Assembly: GCA_025465235.1 (NCBI GenBank) | Contig: JAODNO010000626.1 | Location: 1 to 49,751 of the forward strand | Reading direction: 5' to 3' | Source: Pseudonocardia sp. | GTDB taxonomy: Bacteria > Actinomycetota > Actinomycetes > Mycobacteriales > Pseudonocardiaceae | Length of the DNA stretch: 49,751 bases | Shown here: positions 29,208 through 37,701 of the stretch, in pieces | Position numbering within the stretch: the first letter of the stretch is position 1 | How the letters are laid out: each line of letters begins with the position of its first letter | Made by a program: the position numbers and the translations under genes | Notes under the pieces: generated by a model | The model's database searches: none | Told to the model about the DNA's origin: nothing | The model's input: only the letters and a program-made list of their open reading frames with translations

Positions 29208-30430
29208 GCCGGTACGCCTTCCGGCGATGCCTCGTCGGGTTGGGCGGGTTGGGAGGTGCGGACGACCTGGCCGTTCTCGACCGCGACCTGGCGGGTGAGC
29301 CAGCGTTGCTGGCGGATGGTGAACAGTGCGTGGATCTTGATCAGGGCCATGATCCAGGACACGACGAGGTAGCCGGGGATGTAGAAGAAGGAGGTGGGCC
29401 TGCGGCGGAGGTGGGGCAGGAGTTTCGCGGATCGGCTGATCTGCCACCAGAGGGCGAGGATGAGGACGAAGGCCCAGTGTCCGGCGGTGATTGATTGGAT
29501 CATGAAGGCGAGCCCGAGGAGCAGGGTGAAGCTGCTGACGGCTTTGTCGATCATGGTGTAGGCGAGGAAGGGGTGGCGCCAGACCCATCGTCGGGAGAGG
29601 GCGCGTAGGTCGGAGCGCCAGGTGTTGCGGGCCCAGCGCAGGCGTTGGCGGAGGAAGGTGGGCCAGTGGTCGGGGAAGGTGGACCAGACTTCGGCGGTGC
29701 GTTGCATGAAGGTGCGGTGGCCGCGTTCGAGGATGAGGGTGGTGAGGCGTTTGTCGTCGCCCGACAGGCAGGGCACGCCGGCGAAGGTTTCGTGCATGAA
29801 GTCGTGTTCTATGTCGAGGAGCAGGGTGCGGCGGTAGACGGCGGTGCGCCCGGATAGGCAGGACACGGCTTGGCCGAGCAGGCTTTGGCTGGCGTTTTCG
29901 TCGAAGTAGCGGTGGTCGAGGAACATGTCGGTGATGCGGGCGAGGAAGCCGGTGGAGCCGTAGACGCTTTGGCGGGTGCCGACGCCGCCGATGCGGGGGT
30001 CGGCGAAGGGTTTGCAGACTTCGGTGGCGACGTCGGGGGCCCAGATGGTGTCGGAGTCGACGAGGGCGACCAGGTCGGTGTGGGCGGCGTTCCAGCCGCG
30101 GCGTAGGGCGTCGCGTTTGCCGGGGATGTCGGTGATGAGGACTTGGACGGGGTAGCGGGTGGCGATGTGTTGGCAGGTGGTGTCGGAGGCGTCGATCACG
30201 AGGATGATCTCGGTGACGTCGTTGGCCAGCCAGGACTGGATGGCAGCGGCGAAGACGGTGGGGTCTTCTTGGTAGACCGGGACGACCACGGTGAGGGGGA
30301 GGTCGTGGTTGTTGGTGATGGGTTGGTAGAGCACGGCGGGGATGCGGCGGATGAGCCAGCACCCCCAGCGGATGAGGCCGAGCACGCCCAGGGGGGTGCC
30401 CAGGATGTAGTAGTAGAGGGGGAGTGTCAT
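29204..30430 (-). CDS. Processive GT2 polysaccharide synthase (HAS/NodC/Alg8 superfamily)
   Basis: VVPVYQE, GKRDAL, LVDSD, CLSGRTAVYR, SGDDKRLT, QRLRW; N- and C-terminal TM helices. Confidence 0.9.
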   Translation of the reverse strand: MTLPLYYYILGTPLGVLGLIRWGCWLIRRIPAVLYQPITNNHDLPLTVVVPVYQEDPTVFAAAIQSWLANDVTEIILVIDASDTTCQHIATRYPVQVLITDIPGKRDALRRGWNAAHTDLVALVDSDTIWAPDVATEVCKPFADPRIGGVGTRQSVYGSTGFLARITDMFLDHRYFDENASQSLLGQAVSCLSGRTAVYRRTLLLDIEHDFMHETFAGVPCLSGDDKRLTTLILERGHRTFMQRTAEVWSTFPDHWPTFLRQRLRWARNTWRSDLRALSRRWVWRHPFLAYTMIDKAVSSFTLLLGLAFMIQSITAGHWAFVLILALWWQISRSAKLLPHLRRRPTSFFYIPGYLVVSWIMALIKIHALFTIRQQRWLTRQVAVENGQVVRTSQPAQPDEASPEGVPA

Positions 30431-31359
30431 GTTTGGCCGGCGTCCACTACCGCCTGCTGTGCAGCGTGTTGGGTGACGCCCTCGACCTCGCTGTTCATGA
30501 CGGCGGTGAGGCGGTCGTTGGTGGTGACCACGGCGCGTAGTAGGGGCATGTCGACGCCGAGGGTGGCGGCGAGGCCGAGGAAGCCGCGGGTGTCTTTGGG
30601 GAGGCAGGCCCCGCCGTAGGGGGCGCCGCCGCGGATGCCGTAGTCGGGGTTGGTGGAGGCTTCGGCGGAGCGGGCGACGGTGGCGGCGAGGGGGTCCAGG
30701 GGCAGGCCGAGTTGGCGGGCGACCAGCCACATCTCGTTCCAGAAGCTGATCTTTGTGGCGTTGTAGATGTTGTGTGCGCATTTGATGAACTCGGCTTCGG
30801 TGGGGTCGTCGAAGGTGCGCAGGTCGCCGCCGAAGGGCGCCAGCAGGTCCCGGAGTCGGGTTTGGGTATGGGGGTCGCGGCTGGCGATCACGGTCATCCA
30901 GGGGTGGGTGAAGTCGTGTGCGGCGGAGGCGGCGCGGAGGAACTCGGGGTTGGCGGCGAGCCCGAACCCGGCGCCGGCGGTCTTGCCCGAGGCCCGTTGC
31001 AGCAGCGGCCCGACCAGGTCCTCGGTGGTGCCCGGGGGCACCGTGGAGCGCACCACCACGGTGTGGTGGGCGGGTGCGGTGGCCAACGCCGCCCCGACCG
31101 TGGTTGTCCCCGCGGTGAACGCGGCCAGGTCATAGGCCGACCCCTGGTTCGGGGTGGGCAGAGTCAGGAACACGAACGAGTCACGCTCCGCACCGAGATC
31201 CAACTCCGCCCGCGCGTCCAACCCCCGACCCCACAGCTCACGTATCCGGGGAACCGACGTGTCGATGAAGGTCACCTCATGGCCGGCCGCGAGGAACCCA
31301 TTTCCCGTCGCTTCCCCGACCACACCCGAACCCACGATAAAGATCCTCGACGCCTGCAT
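30427..31359 (-). CDS. UDP-glucose/GDP-mannose 6-dehydrogenase family, short form without the C-terminal domain
   Basis: IVGSGVVG, LPTP, RSTVPPGTT, NPEFL, AEFIK..N..KISFWNE, catalytic GGACLPKD; ATGA overlap with GT2. Confidence 0.9.
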   Translation of the reverse strand: MQASRIFIVGSGVVGEATGNGFLAAGHEVTFIDTSVPRIRELWGRGLDARAELDLGAERDSFVFLTLPTPNQGSAYDLAAFTAGTTTVGAALATAPAHHTVVVRSTVPPGTTEDLVGPLLQRASGKTAGAGFGLAANPEFLRAASAAHDFTHPWMTVIASRDPHTQTRLRDLLAPFGGDLRTFDDPTEAEFIKCAHNIYNATKISFWNEMWLVARQLGLPLDPLAATVARSAEASTNPDYGIRGGAPYGGACLPKDTRGFLGLAATLGVDMPLLRAVVTTNDRLTAVMNSEVEGVTQHAAQQAVVDAGQT

Positions 31360-31876
31360 GTCACATCCGGCCCTTCCGTCCTGGACGAAGAATCCGTTCC
31401 TCTTGGGCAGAACGAATCATCGGAGGTGGTGAGCGGGTGATTACGCAAAGCGATGAACACACACCGTGACCGATGGCTCGGCCGGGATGGCTCTCCCTCT
31501 CGAGAGATGCGCAGGTCAAGACCAGATTCTCGATGCGGTCGTCTCTCTGCGGGGCGAGGTCGCAGCGACTACGGGTAGCTCAGATTGTGAGCTTCAACAC
31601 AATCAAGGACTCTCGGTTCAGCGATTCCGGCCCACCTTGGGGACGCAGTTGCTCCATTCGGTTACCGTTTTTGGAACGGTGTTTTGACCGCCCGTCCGTT
31701 TGTTGCGCCGCTCGGCGACAGCATCGAACTGTTCACCGAGGATTCTGGTGCTACCGCGAAACCATCGCCTGGCTGCAACGTTTGACGGGCTCTCGGGGGA
31801 GCCCCGGACTTCGTCGCAGTGTGTGGTCGGGGTGCGGCGACGCGGATCGGCGCCGGCACGTGTCGCCGGCGTACCT

Positions 31877-32752
31877 CTACCCGGAATGGGTCACCTGCAG
31901 CGAGTAGATGACCACCTCGCCGACGGCGTCGGGCCGATCGCCCCGGTCGGTGTTGGACTGCACGTAGCTCCCGCTTTTGAAGTACCACCCGGATCCGCTC
32001 TCCGGGATGTCGCCCTTGAGCTCACCGTTGTAATAGACCTCCACCCGGCTGTCGGCAGCCACGATCCGCAGGTCGTATGGGGTGCCCAGCCGGTACGCCG
32101 GGTCGATGACGACCTCACCGTTTCCGTCGCGGTACTCGGCGATGAGCCGCTCTCCCTCGAGTCTGACCATCATGATGTCGTCCTCCGCGTCGTGGATCTG
32201 CGCCGTCACCACGTGCGGCTTGACCTGCGGCAACCGCGTTACCGCCTGCCGGACGCAGAGGGTGTGCGTGCCGCGGACGTTCGACCAGCTGGCCTTGTTC
32301 CCCCCGCTCATCTCGCGCAGCTCCGAACGCGGGTAGCTGCTGCCCGAGGTGGTCACACCGCCGGCGTTCGCGGTGAATACCACCCCGTCCCTGGTGTCGT
32401 TGAGGCGGAAGTACGAGCCGACGTACGTGGCGAGAGCCGGTTGGTAGACGTCGTCCGGATCGCGCTCCCGCCCGGTGGGCAGGGTGAGGTACCAGTTCGA
32501 GAGGTCGAGCACGTCACCCGGGTAACCGCGGTCCGAGGGCGCGGCGAAGGGTCCCGGGGCGGTGGTGGGCATGGTGAGCGCGGTCGGGCTCGTCGTGGGC
32601 CCTGGGGTCGGGGTCGGGGTCGGGGTCGAGGTCGGGGTCGGGCGCGCGGGCGGTCCCGCGCAGCCAGTGGTGGATACAGCGGGCGGTACGAGCATCAGCG
32701 CAATCGTGGCGAATATCAATACAATCCTGGGTAGGAATGGGCCAACATTCAC
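31877..32752 (-). CDS. Polysaccharide lyase family 7 alginate lyase (QIH type), secreted or lipoprotein
   Basis: LDLSNWYLTLP, YPRSELRE, QIH, YFKSGSYVQ; N-terminal TM and Pro-Thr linker; GTG 32752 with GGGAG RBS. Confidence 0.92.
   Translation of the reverse strand: MNVGPFLPRIVLIFATIALMLVPPAVSTTGCAGPPARPTPTSTPTPTPTPGPTTSPTALTMPTTAPGPFAAPSDRGYPGDVLDLSNWYLTLPTGRERDPDDVYQPALATYVGSYFRLNDTRDGVVFTANAGGVTTSGSSYPRSELREMSGGNKASWSNVRGTHTLCVRQAVTRLPQVKPHVVTAQIHDAEDDIMMVRLEGERLIAEYRDGNGEVVIDPAYRLGTPYDLRIVAADSRVEVYYNGELKGDIPESGSGWYFKSGSYVQSNTDRGDRPDAVGEVVIYSLQVTHSG
32604..32642. repeat. Imperfect (GGGGTC)n tandem repeat encoding a Pro-Thr linker
   Basis: About 6 hexamer units giving PTPTSTPTPTPTP. Confidence 0.8.
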
Positions 32753-33092
32753 CTGTCGTGCTCCCGCCTCGATCTGCAACCGGCGGCGGTATCAGCAGGA
32801 GTGGCTCGCACGTTGATTACGTTCACCTTCCGAATCCTCGGTGTGCGACGTCTGTTCCAGGCGCGAACGGCCGTTGCGGGGAACCTCCGGGACAGCGTAG
32901 ATGCCGTGCGCTGCGCTAGGAGTGAGCAATGAGCTACTCAATCGGGTGGCCGAGTTGCTCCCGTGGGTGAATCGTCGATACAGATGACCGAATCCGCGAT
33001 CCTCGAGCGTCGTGGTGATCTCACTGAGGGTGGTACTGGCGGCCCAGTGCTTTCGCCTCAGTGGTCGGAGGGCGCCGGGTAGCGTGGGCGTG

Positions 33093-34013
33093 ATGTCGGG
33101 CCGCGAACTCGTGGTGCTGGGCACCGCCAGCCAGGCGCCGACCCGGCATCGCAATCACAACGGCTACCTGCTGCGGTGGGACGGGGACGGGTTCCTGTTC
33201 GACCCCGGTGAGGGCACGCAGCGGCAGCTGCTGCTGGCCGGCGTGGCGAGCAGCGCCATCAGCAGGATCTGCCTCACCCACTTCCACGGCGACCACTGCC
33301 TTGGTGTGCCGGGCGTTATCCAGCGGCTATCGCTGGACCGCGTCGCACACCCGGTGTACGCGCACTTCCCGGCTTCCGGCCGGCCGTACTTCGACCGGCT
33401 CCGACACGCGAGCGTCTTCCACGATGTCGTCGACCTACGGGAGGAACCGATCACCCGCGACGGCGCCGTTGCGGCGACCGGGAAATGGACCCTGGAGGCC
33501 CGCCGCTTGGATCACCCGGTGGAGGCGTTCGGGTACCGCCTCGTCGAACCGGATGGTCGCCGAATGCTTCCGGACCAGCTTGCCCGCCATGGCGTGACGG
33601 GCCCGGACGTGGGCCGGCTCCAGCACGATGGCCTCCTGGAGGTGGGCGGTCGCACAGTGCGGCTGGATGAGGTCAGCGCGCCGCGACCGGGTCAGCGGTT
33701 CGCGTTCGTGATGGACACCCGTATGTCCGACGCGGTGCACGCCCTCGCCGAAGGTGTCGACCTTCTTGTCATCGAGTCGACGTTCCTCAACGAGGACGCA
33801 GCGCTCGCCCGCGAGTACGGCCATCTCACGGCCCGGCAGGCGGCGACAGTAGCCGAGACGTGTGGCGTGCGCCGTCTCGTCCTTACCCACTTCTCCCAGC
33901 GCTACACCGACGCGACGAAATTCCGGGACGAGGCTGGAGCCGTGTACGGCGGGGAGGTCGTCGTGGCGCAGGACCTGATGCGTATTCCGGTTCCGGGACG
34001 CGCAGTGGCCTGA
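33093..34013 (+). CDS. rnz: Ribonuclease Z
   Basis: [31 protein letters not shown], exosite [23 protein letters not shown]. Confidence 0.93.
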   Translation: MSGRELVVLGTASQAPTRHRNHNGYLLRWDGDGFLFDPGEGTQRQLLLAGVASSAISRICLTHFHGDHCLGVPGVIQRLSLDRVAHPVYAHFPASGRPYFDRLRHASVFHDVVDLREEPITRDGAVAATGKWTLEARRLDHPVEAFGYRLVEPDGRRMLPDQLARHGVTGPDVGRLQHDGLLEVGGRTVRLDEVSAPRPGQRFAFVMDTRMSDAVHALAEGVDLLVIESTFLNEDAALAREYGHLTARQAATVAETCGVRRLVLTHFSQRYTDATKFRDEAGAVYGGEVVVAQDLMRIPVPGRAVA

Positions 34014-34031
34014 AGATCGAGCACGCCGCTA

Positions 34032-34850
34032 TCACAGTTCTGCCGGGAATCCGTCTCGCTCGCGCGCCCCGGCAACCGATGTGACTGCCCGGCTCTCCGA
34101 TCCCGTCGTCGCAGGGCCGAGCGCACCCGCGGCGAGCAGCACCACGGCAAGAACCGGGATCACCGCGGTCGCGGCGAACCCGGCCCCGCCGAACGCCGTG
34201 TAGGCAGGCACCCAGACCACGGGTGCGAGCGACCCCCCGAAGAACTGCAGTGACAGCGCGAGCGACGCAGCGCCGGCTCTGTTGCCGGGAGCGCTCGTGG
34301 TGGCGAGGGAGTTGATGGTCGTCCGCAGACCCGTGACCGCGATCCCGACCACCGCGATACCCATCACGAGCAGGGCGATCGACGGGCCGAGCGCGGCCAG
34401 CAGCAGCCCGCCCGCAAGCACGACGTTCATCAGCACGCCGATGCGGCGCGGCCCGGAAGCGTCGAGCAGCCTGCGAGTGCAGGCGCCGCCGCGAGACCGG
34501 CCAGGCCGAACGACGAGGCGACGAGCCCCCGCTCCCACGGCCCGAGGCCGAACTGCTCCCCGGCACGGAACACCGAGAGCACGGTGAGGCCGACCGCGGC
34601 GAAGTAGCAGAGGAAGGAGATCGCGCAGGCCACCGCGAGGCGCCGGTTGACCAGCGCCCGCCACCGGCCTGCCGATGTCATCGATACCGCGGCGGCCCTG
34701 TCGTCGGCGGTCATGGTCGGGGGCAGCATCGCCAGCACCGCGGCGACGAAGGCCGGGAAGGCGAAGGCCAGCCGCCAGTCCAGCGCCGCCGACGGGCCGC
34801 TCACGAGCGGGCTCAGCCCCTGCCCCAGCGCCTGCATCCCGGCGAACAGC
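34032..34850 (-). pseudogene. MFS transporter remnant (5'-truncated, frameshifted)
   Basis: Hydrophobic MFS helices (WRLAFAFPA, LLDASGPRR, NRAGAASLALSLQFFGG) in two frames. Confidence 0.75.
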
Positions 34851-34869
34851 CGATGCTCTCCGGTCCGGT

Positions 34870-35375
34870 CGCCGACGGGCCGTCCGGTCCCCTCGTAGCC
34901 GAGCGTCCCGACCGGGACCGAGAACGGCGGGAGCTCCGGGACCTCGACGGTGGTGTCGGGTGGCTGAACGGTGAACACCGCCGGCGCGCAGGGAGTGAGT
35001 CGCGCCGCCAACGAGCGGAACAGAGCTGACCGCTCGGCGGGGTCAGGTGTCCGATCATGTTCATGCCGGCGACGGCGGCGATCCGGTCGGGCAGTGACAC
35101 GTCCGATGCCCCGCCGGGATGCACGGTCAACCGGTCGCGGTCACTCTGCCGGCGAGGCGTGCGAGTAGCACGGCTCGCAGCTGCGGCGACGGTTCGGCGG
35201 GGGACGGGGGCACGCCGAATCGTGTCGAGGATGACGTCGGTACCCAGACCGGTGCCCGCACCCAGCTCCAGGACCGTTGCGGCGTCGGGATCGGCGTGGG
35301 CGAGCACGTCGGCCAGGGGGCCGCGCAGCCCGGTCCACATCGGTTCGCTGAGAAGATGCCCACGAGGATGGTCAC
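34870..35375 (-). pseudogene. Class I methyltransferase remnant
   Basis: VLELGAGTGLGT, AEPSPQLRAVLLARL, MNMIGHL spread over three frames. Confidence 0.7.
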
Positions 35376-35547
35376 GGTCGCTCGTCCAGGTCGAGCACCG
35401 TCATCAGCCGACCGATTACCTCGGACGGATATGCACGACGAAACTCTACGTAATATTCGGCGACAGGTCCGGAGAACGAGCGGGAAGTCACTCGACGAGT
35501 AAGTGCCGGGGATGCTCGGAGTCGCAAGTGGTACCGCGGAGAGCGGA

Positions 35548-36396
35548 TCACCCGCCTCCTCGGGGTAGCCGTGGCTCAGCCTTTGAGACGAGATCGAGAA
35601 TGTCGTTGTTGAGCTGGTCGCGGTGGGTGACGAACAGGCCGTGACCCGCGGTGGGGTACTCCCGGTAGACGCTGCCCGGAACCAGTTGGGCGGTGCGCCG
35701 CCCGGTCTTCTCGACGAGAGCGGACTGGTCTGCGGTGCCGTGCACGATCAGCGTGGGCACGGTGATCCGCCGCAGGGACTCCCGGTGGTCGGTGCGGAAC
35801 GCCGATCGCCACAGCGCGATGGTTGCCATGGGCGAGGTGTCCAGGCAGCGGCGTACCCCAAGGTCGATCAGTGCAGGGGAGACGTCGTTGCCGAGGTGGG
35901 TCGCGAAGAAGCCCTGGGCCCGGTCGGCGAACCACCTGGGCCGATCGGTGCGGAACTGCGTGACGGCGGCCTCGGAGAGCACTTCTGGCGTGCCCTCCGG
36001 GTTGTCGTCGGTCAGCTGGAGAAATGGCAGCACCGCCGACACGAAGGCGACGTTCGCGACTCGGTCCTCTCCGTGGCGCGCCAGGTACCGCGCGACCTCG
36101 GCTCCGCCGGTGGAGTGGCCCACGAGCGTGGCGCTCTGCAGGTCGAGGTGCTCGATGAGGTCGGCGAGGTCGTCGGCGACCGTGTCGATGTCGTAGCCGT
36201 CGGACGGCCGGTCCGACCGGCCGTGCCCACGCCGGTCGAGCAGCACGCAGCGGTAGCCCTGCTCGACGAAGAACGGCACCTGGTACTCCCACATGTCGCC
36301 GGCGAGGACCCAGCTCGCCGCGAACACGATCGGCGTACCGGTGCCGTAGTCCTCATAGGCGAGGCGGGTGTGGTCAGAGGTCTCGAAGTAGGGCAC
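35548..36396 (-). CDS. Alpha/beta hydrolase, non-heme haloperoxidase/arylesterase type
   Basis: LAYEDYGTG, DRRGHGRSD, GHSTGGAEVARY, PTLIVHGTAD, GHG. Confidence 0.92.
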   Translation of the reverse strand: MPYFETSDHTRLAYEDYGTGTPIVFAASWVLAGDMWEYQVPFFVEQGYRCVLLDRRGHGRSDRPSDGYDIDTVADDLADLIEHLDLQSATLVGHSTGGAEVARYLARHGEDRVANVAFVSAVLPFLQLTDDNPEGTPEVLSEAAVTQFRTDRPRWFADRAQGFFATHLGNDVSPALIDLGVRRCLDTSPMATIALWRSAFRTDHRESLRRITVPTLIVHGTADQSALVEKTGRRTAQLVPGSVYREYPTAGHGLFVTHRDQLNNDILDLVSKAEPRLPRGGG

Positions 36397-36646
36397 GGTG
36401 ATCTCCTGGGGCTCGGCGAGGTGCCCCAAGGTTCGGCCACGATCATCGACAGAGTCGATGACCTGACAGGTAAGGCCCAGGCCTCCCGTAGCGCGTGTCC
36501 GGAACCGAAGGCCGGATGGGCCTCCCCGTCACCGCCGTCGGACGAGCAGGTGAGGACCTCACCCCATCGACGAGGGCGGTCGGTGGTCTTGGCGCGCACG
36601 GATGCCCGAGGTCGATGCGCAGGACGGCCCGACGATGGGGGAGGGG

Positions 36647-37035
36647 ATGAATATTGCTGTCGTACGTACTACGGACATCGACGAGGCCCGCCGGGCCATG
36701 GAGCTTGTGTTTCTGCCGATGGCGATATGGCCGCTGGAGCCGCTGACGGCGTTGGACATGCGGCCTCGATTTTCCCCGCGTGGCGCTCGAACTGAGACTT
36801 GAGCAGCATCTGGACCGGCCACTGAACCGGCCTCTCACGTTCGATCCGGCGATGGATCTCACCACTCCCAAAGGTCGCAGTTGGTTGCGTATGCTGCGTC
36901 TGGCCAACCGCGAAGCACGCCGCGAGCACGGACTACTCGACCATCCTCTTGCCGCAAAGAGCGTTGAGGCCGCCCTGGTGGACGGACTACTGCTCGCCCA
37001 GCCGCACAACTACGACGCTCTACTCCACGGCACCC
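36647..37035 (+). pseudogene. AraC-family regulator remnant (no HTH)
   Basis: RTTDIDEAR N-terminus; LTFDPAMDL..LLLAQPHNY pre-HTH segment in another frame. Confidence 0.7.
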
Positions 37036-37165
37036 ATGGCCCACGCCTCCGTCTCAGAGGGCCGCCCTCCCCGGCCGGACGTGAGTCGCCGGTATCGCGC
37101 CAGGGAGCCGCACGGGTGGTAGTCGGCGCCAACAGAGTCTCGCGCGATCGGGTCTAGGCGAGCTT

Positions 37166-37597
37166 TCAGCGGATCCTGGCGCCATACACTTTCTCGACCG
37201 TCATCGCCATCAGCACCCTTCGCTCGGACACCATGACGGACCGGTACTCGTCCCAGTCCGGGTGCTCGCCTGCGGCGCTGCGGTAGTAGTCCACCAATGC
37301 CTGGACCTCGGGACCGTCCGGGTCGGTTCCAGGCCCGGTGAGTGTGGCTGTGCCCTCAGCGGTGGCCCACGCCCAGCCGTCAGGGCTGGTGACCTCGAGC
37401 GTGGCTCGTGGGTCCCGACGCAGGTTCGCGGTCTTGGCGCGCCCCTCGGTCATCGACACGTAGATCACGCCGTTGTCCCGGTCGTAGGACGGCGTGACGG
37501 GGGAGAGTTGGGGGCGGCCGTCCGACTTGATCGTCGCGAGGACACCGAGCCGGCTTTCGGCGAGCAGCGTGTGCGGGTCGAATTGAGTGGTGGTCAT
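37166..37597 (-). CDS. PPOX-class F420-dependent oxidoreductase
   Basis: GVLATIKSDGRPQLSPV, RAKTANLRRDPR, YRSAAGEHPDWDEY. Confidence 0.92.
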   Translation of the reverse strand: MTTTQFDPHTLLAESRLGVLATIKSDGRPQLSPVTPSYDRDNGVIYVSMTEGRAKTANLRRDPRATLEVTSPDGWAWATAEGTATLTGPGTDPDGPEVQALVDYYRSAAGEHPDWDEYRSVMVSERRVLMAMTVEKVYGARIR

Positions 37598-37701
37598 GCT
37601 GGGGCAAACCCGTGACCAGATGTTTGCTATTCCTGATCGCCGGACCCGCGGTGGGGGGCATGCGAAACTCGGTGTAGCGGTCTTCGAAGCATTGCGGGCC
37701 G

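Noticed and set aside
29208-30362. N-terminal 385 aa of the 1105-aa ORF
   Set aside because: His/Pro/Arg-rich off-frame reading of the GT2 gene; the real start is ATG 29207 with a signal peptide
29204-31359. hasA/hasB hyaluronan operon interpretation
   Set aside because: Possible from the two genes alone, but the DPH beta-helix and PL7/PL14 lyases point to an alginate-type polymer; not formally excluded
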